Source: Ginkgo biloba (taxonomy: Eukaryota; Plantae; Ginkgophyta). From it: a DNA stretch of 29,925 bases. A program made the position numbers and the translations under genes. Positions 12,801-24,800 of the stretch are shown one piece after another (position 1 is the first letter of the stretch; each line of letters starts with the position of its first letter). The stretch covers positions 173,878,275 to 173,908,199 of the forward strand of contig JANKJI020000004.1 in assembly GCA_024626585.2 (NCBI GenBank), given 5' to 3'. Below the pieces are notes generated by a model. That model was not told the DNA's origin. It made no database searches and saw nothing but the letters and a program-made list of their open reading frames with translations.

Positions 12801-15800
12801 GACCCTAAGGTCAACACAAACTGCCAGTAAAATGTTTTGAATGTGGAGGAGCCCATTTGAAGNNNNNNNNNNNNNNNNNNNNNNNNNNNNNNNNNNNNNN
12901 NNNNATTGCCAGAAGGTGGTTGCATTGTTTAGCAAGGAGAAGCGGTCCCGAAAGACACTCCCATAGAAGGTCATTCGAAGACCTTTTGAGCAGTTTCATG
13001 ATGTGGAGTTATTTGTTATAAAAGGAAAAATTAATGGTCATGATGCACTCCTACTTGTTGATATTGGTTGCACTCACAATTTTGTTTCTGATAGGATGGC
13101 TAAGCGTGCCAATCTTAAAATTCAAGAGGTACCTTATGACTATGATATAGAGTTAGCTTACAAAGTTAGCAACATGCCACAATTTTCTCTAAGATTGACT
13201 CTAGGAGTGGCTATCACCAGATCAAGATTTATCCAAAGGAGGTGGACAAAACAACTTTTACTACCAGAGATGGGTGTTATGGGTACTTGGTTATGCTTTT
13301 TGGGTTAATAAATAATCTGACCACATTTATGCAGTTAATGAATAATGTGCTCAACCCATTTTGGGCCAAGTTTGTGGCGATATTTTTACATGACATCATG
13401 ATCTTCAATAGATCGAGGGATGAGCATAAGGAGCATTTGAGGATGGTGTTAGATGTCCTTAGGAGGGAGAAGATTTATGTTAAACTCTTCAAGTGTGATT
13501 TCTTTTAGGACAAGGTCGAGTATCTTAGGCACATTGTTTCAGTAGAAGGCACCTCAGTTGATCCCAAAGTCATCAAAGAATGGAAGACATTGGCAAGTGT
13601 GCATGATTTAAGGAACTTTCTTGGTTTGGCTAGTTTTTATAGAAGATTTGTCTTGAACTTTTCTAAGTTGGATGCTCCTTTGAACAAACTGTTTAAGAAG
13701 TCAAGAAGGTTTAAATGGATGGATAATTGCCAAGTTAGCTTCGACTTGCTTAAGCAGAAGTTGACAAAAGCACTAGTGTTGACATTGTTGGATGTCTCTA
13801 GACCTTTTACCATCTTAACTAATGCTAGTGGGGTATCTATTGGTGTTTCCCTAACTCAAGATGGTAAGGTAGTGGCTTATGAAAGACACAAAATGAATGT
13901 AGTTGAGTAGAGGTATACTATTTATGACCAAGAGTTGTTGTTGGTGGTTCATACCATCAAAATATAGAAACATTACTTGAAAAATAATGAGTTTGAGGTG
14001 ATAATAGATCACAAACCTCTTCTATCTTTTTTGCCGAAAGGTGAATTAGGTTTTAGAGAGTACAAGGTGGTGTATGGCTCATAAGAGGATTTTGTACGGT
14101 CAAATCCAGTCAAAGGAAGATTTGGACAGTCAAAATTAGTCAAAACTCTAACTGTATGGTAGAAAATCTAGAAACACGGATTTTTAGGTAGATGTTAAGG
14201 AAATGCAGATTTTTAGGCAGATTTTAAGGAAGCACAAATTTCAAGGCGGCCTATGCGGATTTAGAAAAGGATGAGTTTTGACCTGTCAAAAACGGTTTAA
14301 ACTAGTCAACAAAGTGGTTTTTACTAGTAAAAAGAAGTTTCAGTTGGTCAAAGTTTGTCAAAAAATTGGTCAACAAGCGGTTAAACAGACTTGTACGGAC
14401 AGACCAATGAAGGTACAATTCTGCATTTATTACTGTACAGTTATCTAATTTCATTTATGTCTAGAAAAATAAGAAAATTTCAATAAAATCTGAAAAAATT
14501 GGAAAACTCCGTGAAATATGGAAATATTACNNNNNNNNNNNNNNNNNNNNNNNNNNNNNNNNNNNNNNNNNNNNNNNNNNNNNNNNNNNNNNNNNNNNNN
14601 NNNNNNNNNNNNNNNNNNNNNNNNNNNNNNAGGGATAACCCCTTTTCTCATGTGACCTTGTTTGGGTGCTTATGTTTTTAAATTGCGGAATTAAACCTTT
14701 TATCCCATTTAGTTAAATTTCAACTTAACTTTAGAAAAATAAAATTAAATCGTGAATGTTTTTTATGGATTTCCAAAAATTTTGTTGTAGGGCGACTCCC
14801 GCACTTCGATGTTCGGATTTTGTCTTCGAACTGAGCGGATCAACTCCCCATTGGTGCTTCCCACGGATTTTTAGGTACCCTGCAATTCTCTTTCGTGGCG
14901 TCTCTAATCTATGGCGACCTCCATGCCTTCAACAACTTGCTCTCTCCCAAGCTCTCCATAGTGTCCCTGTTTCTCACACTCTTGCGGCAATGGGATAGAC
15001 CCTCAACTCAGAGAATGGCCTTCCTACGGCGTTGGCATTATTCTCCACTAAGCCTCCAAATTCTCCATGGGCGTTGATCCTTTACGCATTCTACTCGACT
15101 CACCATTGAGCTCACAAGTTCCTAGCTTACGCGTTCTCCTGGGATGTGTCTTCACGAATTTGTAGTCTTCTCAGCTTTAGCAAATGCTCCTACACTACAA
15201 CCACTGACGCCACTTGCTATGGTCTTATAGACCCAGCGTTGCTTAGGGTCCAACGACCTCGGGTCACCTGCTCCACAACAACTTCCAACCATAACTGTCC
15301 CGTGTATGGATTCTCACCCCCACATTTGGGTCAAGAGCGTCCCTGTGGCCTCAAAGGCCCTCCAAACAAACGATGTTTGAGCGAGCTCTTTGTGAGCTCT
15401 CCTGTGAGCTATCGATGACTTCACCTCCATGCTTCAATGACCCACTTTGCACCAATCAAACTCCCGTTTGTCACAAAACAATGTTACGACTCTCAAACAC
15501 TAGACTTGCAGGTTGTTTCACTTGCACCAAGCTATGAAAAAACTAGTAATCAATCACCCAGTCATGGCACAAAGATACACATGAAACCATCATTCGAAAA
15601 ACACCAACGTTGTATGTCTAAACTCCGCATGGGTTATGTTAATAGTGGTTACTAATGAATTTGTCATCGAGATTCACCATTAAACTGACATGAACATGAT
15701 TTTCTCATATGTGAACATGTTATCACACTGGACAAATAACATGAACAAGCCTAAATAACACTCCAGATTCGCAAACAACGAACCTNNNNNNNNNNNNNNN

Positions 15801-18800
15801 NNNNNNNNNNNNNNNNNNNNNNNNNNNNNNNNNNNNNNNNNNNNNNNNNNNNNNNNNNNNNNNNNNNNNNNNNNNNNNNNNNNNNNNNNNNNNNNNNNNN
15901 NNNNNNNNNNNNNNNNNNNNNNNNNNNNNNNNNNNNNNNNNNNNNNNNNNNNNNNNNNNNNNNNNNNNNNNNNNNNNNNNNNNNNNNNNNNNNNNNNNNN
16001 NNNNNNNNNNNNNNNNNNNNNNNNNNNNNNNNNNNNNNNNNNNNNNNNNNNNNNNNNNNNNNNNNNNNNNNNNNNNNNNNNNNNNNNNNNNNNNNNNNNN
16101 NNNNNNNNNNNNNNNNNNNNNNNNNNNNNNNNNNNNNNNNNNNNNNNNNNNNNNNNNNNNNNNNNNNNNNNNNNNNNNNNNNNNNNNNNNNNNNNNNNNN
16201 NNNNNNNNNNNNNNNNNNNNNNNNNNNNNNNNNNNNNNNNNNNNNNNNNNNNNNNNNNNNNNNNNNNNNNNNNNNNNNNNNNNNNNNNNNNNNNNNNNNN
16301 NNNNNNNNNNNNNNNNNNNNNNNNNNNNNNNNNNNNNNNNNNNNNNNNNNNNNNNNNNNNNNNNNNNNNNNNNNNNNNNNNNNNNNNNNNNNNNNNNNNN
16401 NNNNNNNNNNNNNNNNNNNNNNNNNNNNNNNNNNNNNNNNNNNNNNNNNNNNNNNNNNNNNNNNNNNNNNNNNNNNNNNNNNNNNNNNNNNNNNNNNNNN
16501 NNNNNNNNNNNNNNNNNNNNNNNNNNNNNNNNNNNNNNNNNNNNNNNNNNNNNNNNNNNNNNNNNNNNNNNNNNNNNNNNNNNNNNNNNNNNNNNNNNNN
16601 NNNNNNNNNNNNNNNNNNNNNNNNNNNNNNNNNNNNNNNNNNNNNNNNNNNNNNNNNNNNNNNNNNNNNNNNNNNNNNNNNNNNNNNNNNNNNNNNNNNN
16701 NNACATGATAATGCAATCACCTCACCCTAGCAGGGACTTTTTAGCTATAGGATGCATATGCACTGCCATCCTCCTCCTCAATACTTTTGGTTATTGGGTA
16801 TTTGGACACTGCCTCACTTCTAATAGAGACTTATGACTATTGAGTGCTTTTAACAAAAACCTCACCTCTATCAGGAAATTTCAACATCCTACCAAACCTA
16901 TCGTGTTACCTTTTCTACTACCCATGTCCAGTTCTTACATACTCAAGGATAGTCTAGGATTTTTATGCATTCCCAATTCATTTGCATTGGTATGACTAGG
17001 TCCTCTAGATCTATGTTTGGGTTGAGTTCCACAAATATTTTCACGATTCCTAAAGCCCTATTCTTTGAAGTATGTTTGTCTGGTGCTAGTCCATGCCCCA
17101 AGACCAAACAATTTTCTCCCAAGATTTGTTCACCTCTATATTTGTCAACGAAAATTGGTAAGCATACCCAGATTGTCATTTTTGTTGGATCAAGTTTAAG
17201 TGGGTTAAAATTGGGGATACCAAGATTGGAATGACATACTTGTGCCCCAACAGAACCGTGGGCCACTTGTGTTGTGAAGTCCTCATTTGATCTAAAATTA
17301 GATTTTGAAGAAGTCCTTTCCCTTCGCTTCCATTATCCGTAGACCTAGTTGAAGATGCATTCTTTTCTTTGTAGCCATTGTATCATATTTTAAATCGTTA
17401 CCAGTATAGATGAGTTTATTTTCCCTATCAATGATTTGGGCATGAAATCCATAGTCTTTGGTAGTTGTGATTGCATATTAAACTTTATACCCATGCGTTT
17501 CCCCTTTCTGATAGGGTAACTTTTCTTTTTATGTTGCTTGCTTTAGTCCATCCCTTCTTGTGGGCTTCCTTAACCTTCTGCATTTGCTTGATGGGATATA
17601 TGCTCTGTCTTCCACTCTTGTCCCTTTTGCTCACTATTTTGAGGATTCCCTATAACAGCCCACCCTTAAACGCGCTCACTTGGATGGCTATTTTTCTTGT
17701 GCAAATGTAAACGTTCGGTCTTTATCCCAAGTCAACACAGTTAGTAAATAACAATGAAATAAAATTAGTAATAAGCATCAAGTCATCACAGTTCAATTCA
17801 CAAAGAGTAAAACATCACATCATGCAAGCAGGAATCGAGATTGGACTTCTAAGACAAAGGGTATATCCTATTGCGTCATGCGCATGCTACCACTATTGTC
17901 CACAAGGACCCCTAGAGGACTTGCCCACGATTACTAACACAAACCTTTGGCGCTATAAAGGCTAATTATCAGCCCCAAACGACCACTTCATTTGAGTCCA
18001 TCCACTGTAACCAGGAAGAGTGCTAAGGTGAGGCTCTAGCCGCCATTTAGGCGCTAGGGTCATCTCTCCAACTTAATGTTAGTTGGTTGAGACTTATGGT
18101 GATGTGAACAATGGGGCCCACAAAAATAGAATGTTCGGATGAAGTAGTTTGAAGAACTGTTGGGTACAATAGCATACACAAGAGACAATTCCTTGAGATT
18201 AAATTTAGCTTACTTTATTCATAAAGTACAAAGCTTAAATAGAAGTACAAGTTATAATGTCACTTTCACTTTTACAATGTGGGNNNNNNNNNNNNNNNNN
18301 NNNNNNNNNNNNNNNNNNNNNNNNNNNNNNNNNNNNNNNNNNNNNNNNNNNNNNNNNNNNNNNNNNNNNNNNNNNNNNNNNNNTTGACTTTTATTGACGA
18401 TTTTCCCAGGAAAGTTTGGGTCTACTTTCTGAAAGAAAAGTCAGAAGTTTTTCAGAAATTTGTAAACTTCAAAGCCATGGTTGAAAGATAAAGTGGAAAG
18501 AAAATCAAAATGTTAAAGACAAATAATGGCCAAGAATATCTCTCAAATGAAGTCAAGAACTATTGTCGCACTCATGGATTTATTGTGAATTTATTATAGC
18601 TAGAAAACAATATGGAGAAATAAATGTAGAAAGTAGGGTTTGAATAAGTACTTGCAATTTATTGTGACTTATTGGTCAAATGTGAAAACAATTGAAGATG
18701 CCAAACTCTTCTCCAGACCAAGCATCTTAGTTCATCCATCTAGAGTGTAGTGACTCACTGTTAAGATTAAGTATGTCATAGTGCTTATGTAAAAACCAAT

Positions 18801-21800
18801 TGCTGGGTGCTAGGAAAAGCCTACGACTTCTTCTAGAAGTTCATTGAGCCCCACAAAGCTGTAAAAGTTTGTACTGACCCCTCTAATGAGGTCACCTTGC
18901 CACAAGGAACAAATCTGAGTAGTTATTCAATGAAAAAATGCACTGTAAGTTACTATAATGCAATTGACAGGTTCTAGATATGAAGAAAATAATTGCAGTC
19001 CAAAAATGCCTTCTAAAGATGAAGTCGTATGACTACGATGTAGAAAACAACTTGCCTATTGAGGACACCTTCAGTAGGAGATTAGAGAGATGATGTTAGG
19101 GTCTTGTTTAAATTTGTACAATCTCCTTATATGCGAGAAATTGGGCACAATCTCCCACGTAGGGATGAGTCTAATTTGAGGGTTGCCCCAAACCCAAAGA
19201 AGCCCTCTACTGCACCGTACTATCTCAATTTACTCCTTAAAGGAAGATGTTTTCAATTGGATGACTCTCGTGGCTCCATTGTTCATCATTTTCTCTCTTA
19301 AACACCTCACCACGGGGTTTCATTATCATGTGCAAAATTAGTGATTTAGCCCCATCACTTAGCTTAGGCTTAGACACATTTTCCAAGGATGAATTTAATA
19401 TGTTCTTGGTTGATTTTGGCCCACCTTTCAAAATCAAATTTACAATAGTTTGCTAGGATGTAATATGTGCATTTCTGTTCTGTTGGTTTAGTGATTCAAC
19501 TTTTTTTGCGAGTGATCTGGTATTCCATGTAATTTCCTCCATACTTATATAAATCCCTCCTCAACATTGTCATCATGAATGCATTTTTGGTAACACATTG
19601 AAATTCATATATGATTGGTTGCTTGGTCAATGGTCAAATTAGAGTATGAATTTCTCTGGTGACATCATGCTTTAATTGCTCATTGGAAAGTGTACTATAC
19701 ATGATCTGTGAGGTCATGCATGAATTAAATCCTCTCCCTTGGTCATTAAGATTGCATATCAAAACAAAATTCTAATATCTACCTTTCTCTTTTGTACCAA
19801 AAAATTCAGATTTTGTTAGTGTTGATATTTTTGGAGTGTTAGACAAATTTTAACATTTGTTTCTTACATTTGGTATCAGAGCTAAGGGGTATCCTTNNNN
19901 NNNNNNNNNNNNNNNNNNNNNNNNNNNNNNNNNNNNNNNNNNNNNNNNNNNNNNNNNNNNNNNNNNNNNNNNNNNNNNNNNNNNNNNNNNNNNNNNTTAG
20001 TGAAAATATAGCTAGGTTCTAAATGGGAACATGCCATGCATGCTTCAACTAACCTAGGCTAACCTTGCATATAATAGACAATACATTATTAGGCATGAAT
20101 ATAATAGTAACATGCCAATGCACACACATTGTCTATAATTAGCCAATGGCTAATAAAAGAAAGAGAAGCTAGTGAGGGAAAACCCAATAGTAGTTAAAAC
20201 TCTCTAGTAGATTNNNNNNNNNNNNNNNNNNNNNNNNNNNNNNNNNNNNNNNNNNNNNNNNNNNNNNNNNNNNNNNNNNNNNNNNNNNNNNNCAATTGGG
20301 CACTTATAGCTGTAATCTTTTCTTCGGCATTTATTCTTTTGTGACCCGTAATTTTGCCTGCATTTGTCCTACATGCTCTGTCTTAATTTGCAAAATACAG
20401 TTCTAGATATACATGGTCTAGTTGTGCAAGCATGTCTACTATTGATTGCATCTCTCCATCTGCAGCTTTGATCTTAGGCACACCCTTCTTCTTCCTCCCT
20501 TTCTCCTTCAACATTTCCCACTATTTTCTAAGAACTGCTTCATCCTATAATTTCTAATGAATTTTCCCTATTTCTTTTCTTAGAAATTAGGTCCTTCTCT
20601 ACCGACACTAGCTCCAGTTAGGCCCCTCGCCTTCCTTCTTGTTTCCTCACAACTCACTGCAATTTGTCAAAAGATCTCCTCCCATCCTTTTGGTGTCTCC
20701 TTTGTTTTGATTGTTTCTTCCCCTTGGGGCAATGCTTCTTCCTTGTTAGGTTCCTCCGTGGCAATTCCTTCCATCAGTCCCTGATGGGTGACTAGTGGGT
20801 TGGCTACATCTACACTTCCCCTTCTGGTAATTCTCCTAATAAAAGGTCCAACTGATGTCGTGCCATCGAGTCTCCTAAAAATAATGTATGCTCTTGGAGC
20901 TTCGAGGGTATCAAGCATGTAAAACCCAAAATCTTTGCAAAGTCTTCGANNNNNNNNNNNNNNNNNNNNNNNNNNNNNNNTCTACCAAGAGAGATAGCTT
21001 GCACAACTTCGAAAAAGGAAGTTCTTTGTCATGCTATAGGGCTTCTTACCCATTCCTCTGAAAACTATTCTAACCGAATCGCTTCGATCGAATCCACTTC
21101 ATCCAAAGTGGTTGCCTTTGATTCCTCCTCCTCCTTATCTTCCGATAGTACTAATCTTGTTAGATATGTAATGTTGTTTGTGGTCACATGAGGTTATAAA
21201 AGATAATGTTGTTAGTGGTTATGGTATTTAGAAAGCCTCTACAAGTATAAGTAGAGGGCAAGTTTTAATTGTAGATACATCTGAAGATTATAGTCATTTC
21301 TATGTTGTGAATCTCTCTTCCTCATGATGTGATTGTTGTATGAAAGTGGAGGCTTATGCCAATACTTGAGAGTATGTGTGCATTCTAATATTAAAATGGT
21401 ATCAGAGAAGGTTTTGACAACCTATGTAAATATACGGTTTTTGTTGTGAGAATTTTATTTCACCGCATTATTATGAAGAGAAGTGTAACTACCCTTGAAT
21501 CTTTGGAGAAGGATGGTGGATGTGGATTGNNNNNNNNNNNNNNNNNNNNNNNNNNNNNNNNNNNNNNNNNNNNNNNNNNNNNNAGCGTTGGAGTCCAAGG
21601 GGACGGTTTCGAATCCCACGTTGAACATACGAAGCCTCCATTGCATCAAAGTCTCGTGTCTTGTGTTTTGGAGCCTTGATTATTGAGTACCGTCAGTATC
21701 TATCATTGAATATGTGAGGGGGCAAGAAATGGCCATACCCTTGTGGTGGATCGTAGAGGTCTATAACACTAGGGAATTTGATTCTTTGAAGGTCCATGTA

Positions 21801-24800
21801 GGTATGAAGACTCTAGAAGAACCTCATAAGAGGTCGTAAGGTTTCCAAAACTTCACAACGAGCCAATATAAGCAAGTCTTAGTGGTAGTCTTGAGCATTT
21901 CTTCGAAGGGTGGTTGTAACTTGCAGATGGCCAACGAAGTTCAGAGGAATATAGTGGGGTTCTAAGAACTCATGGAAGTCTGTAACACTCTGTAATAAGC
22001 TTGTAACCATGAGGAAATAGTGGTAAAGTTCTTTGAAAAGAAGGAGGCATTGAAAAGACGCTAGTGATCACCTGAGCAAGTGAACATGGATGTAAGACGT
22101 CCAAAAACAGATGGGAAAGAAACCGCCTAGAGATGAACGAGATATAGCATAGGTTTGGAAGACGATCGATCGTTGTGAACGAGAGGAGAACAAGCCAAAA
22201 CGAATGACGGGATAGAGAGTTTGCTGGAATGAGATAGAAAGCAAGTGAATTGAAGCACAACTAAGAACGAAGCTCGTAGGGAGAAGAGGCGATAGGCAAC
22301 ATCGACGAAAGAAGAATTGAATCACAAAGGAATTCGAATTTGAGGCAGAATTAGGCACGTGCAAGTCGCTCACAAATTAAAAAAAAAAAAATACTAAATT
22401 TTCTTAAGTTTTAACTTGAGGAAAAGAAATCATTAAAAAAAGGTGCTTAAATTTAAAAAATAAGATCACATTACAGCAATAAGACCATAAGACCTAATTA
22501 AAAGGACCCAAAGGAGTTAAAAGGGGCTAGTTTATTTTTAAGGCACTTTTTGACTAATTTAAGTTGAATTTGAAAGGCATTTCTGACCCAGATGTGACGA
22601 AGACATTAAAAAAGGTTGTTGGTCGAATTGTAATGTTTTGTAAGGTCTCCAAAATAATGAGTTTTGTGGTGAATGGATCAGATCCCATTTGTATTGTTTT
22701 AAGGGTTGAGCGTAGTTAATGTTGAAGGGTTGATGTCCCTAGTTAATTGTACTACATGTAACTCCTCAAATGAGAGTTTTTCAACCTTCTAACTTCTCAA
22801 AGAAGGAGAGAGTTTGTAATTATTGACACCAAGGGGTGGATAAGTTGGTGTGGCCCTTAATGGGTGGAGGGGGAATAGCCACAAGTTGATGTTACCACTA
22901 GAAAACACTATTGGTGGTTTAATGGTTTGTTGGAAAAAAAACCATGAATGTTGAGAGTGTTGCAGATCATGTTTGATTCGGTTTCACAAAGGACGAGTTG
23001 CCCACAAAAGGCGACGTTGTTGCAACAATTGGTCTACAGGGATGTTTGCATCATGGCCTGGTAGCCACATGTCAAGATATAAACGCACGAATGGATGTGG
23101 CCAAGGTACCCACGAAGTGGTGATGAAGACCCACAAGGTTTTGCAAATTGAATCCATTGACAAATTATTGGTTTGATGATGACATGTATTCAAGCTACTT
23201 TCCTATAGAACTAGCGAGCACCATGGCTGGTTACCTAGGTGTCTCAGTAGATGGTGGTATGTCAATATGCAATTGTTGAATCAGGACAAGTATTTGATTA
23301 TTGATGGTCTGTTGAATGTAAATGGGTACCTCATCAGCCATAAGACCCACAGAGGNNNNNNNNNNNNNNNNNNNNNNNNNNNNNNNNNNNNNNNNNNNNN
23401 NNNNNNNNNNNNNNNNNNNNNNNNNNNNNNNNNNNNNNNNNNNNNNNNNNNNNNNCCCTCGGTTAGCAGAATGTCCTTTTCCCACAAAGTGCTCTCTTTT
23501 TGAGAAAGAGCAAACTTGAACCAAAAGAGGAACCAAGAAAGGAACCAGAGAAAGGAAATCCAAGCCAAAGGAATTCCAAACAAAATCCCAAAACACTGAA
23601 ACTTCCCTAATTTATACAATCTCCCTTCCAAGAATTTGAATAACTAGGAGTCGTGGACGCAGTCATCTGCTTATTCACCTTCTATTTGCCCACTCACCTT
23701 CAGATTTTCCAACTGTGCAAGAAGTCAAACCGTTTCTAGAATTTTTGTCACTATTGCCATCATAAATGGCATACAGTCATGCTTTTGGTCATAACTTGCA
23801 AATTGTGACTCCATTTTTCAACTTCATGTTCTCGTTTCGAAGGTAACCGAACATGCTACAACTTTCCTTGTTTTGTCAAAGTCCAATTCTATAAGGATTT
23901 TGCCCAGTTTTGGCCGCAATCTGATTGTTTAAAAAAAAACAGAATTGCAAAATAGATTGTTTAAGGGAAAAGAGAAAACAGTAAGTTGATTGTTCAATGA
24001 AAAAGACAAACAATGAGTTGGCTATTATCGAAAAAGGCAAAATAACCAGTTGGTTGTTCAATCATGTTGAAGGATCATTTTCATTTTCCGTCAGTTGACA
24101 TAAGACTTGCAACCAGAGTCATTTTTTATTAAATGATGGGACGTCATCTCAACTAGTGGGCAAGTGATTGGCTTTCACTTTGGATCACTTTCTAGTTTGT
24201 AGATGACTGACTCGCACTGCAAGTCACTCAAGTGATTGACTTTCTTTTTGGTTCACTTGCAACTACTCGGTAGGTGACTTCCTTACGCACTGGTAAGAAG
24301 TGGGTAGGTGACTGGCTTACTCATTGGCAACCAGTCGGTAGTAATTGGTTGTCTACCAATGGGTAGGTGACTGGCTTACTCACTGGCAACTAGTCGGTAG
24401 ATGACTGGTTGGCTGCCAGTGGGTAAATGACTCCTTTTTAGACCCGAATCAGATCTGTCCCGGATCAAGTTGCATGGTCCTTAAAAAATGCTAGAATGCA
24501 CTTGTACAATTGCCGCTTGTCCTCCAACATGATTGTCATTGGGCAGGTCGTATGCTCTTCGTCCGACTTCCATACAGTCGCCATCCAACCATTGTCTAGC
24601 AGCCTAGTTGGCTATAGTCTAGCAGTTGTCCGACACCCATCCTTGCCACATAGAACTTGCCCAATTTTTGGGCATTTGAAAAACTTGGAAAGCTTAAAAA
24701 AATCTAAAATAATTGGAAGAAATGTGAAATGCTAACAACAATGAATAGAAAAAGCTTCGAAAATAAAAGCGAATAAGTTTACGAAATATCTTGATATCTT

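Noticed and set aside
15680-16720. 321-346-aa ORFs in the ORF track
   Set aside because: Almost entirely N; the same applies to the other X-filled ORFs
18971-19093. Possible missing SecA2 exon (cag acceptor, NLPIEDT resembling DLPIEGD)
   Set aside because: Only about 5 matching residues, wrong phase, ends in a stop without a donor
20293-21157. Purine-rich minus-strand ORF pieces as gag or accessory ORF
   Set aside because: Probably TE-derived but no diagnostic motif
22984-23193. Possible gag zinc knuckle on the minus strand (..LPGHDA..)
   Set aside because: Cys pattern not recoverable without several assumed changes
23456-23880. LTR-like sequence on the minus strand
   Set aside because: Composition is suggestive but no termini, PBS or PPT could be fixed
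24260-24432. CRISPR-like array
   Set aside because: Eukaryotic context, degenerate repeats, spacers related to one another, no cas genes
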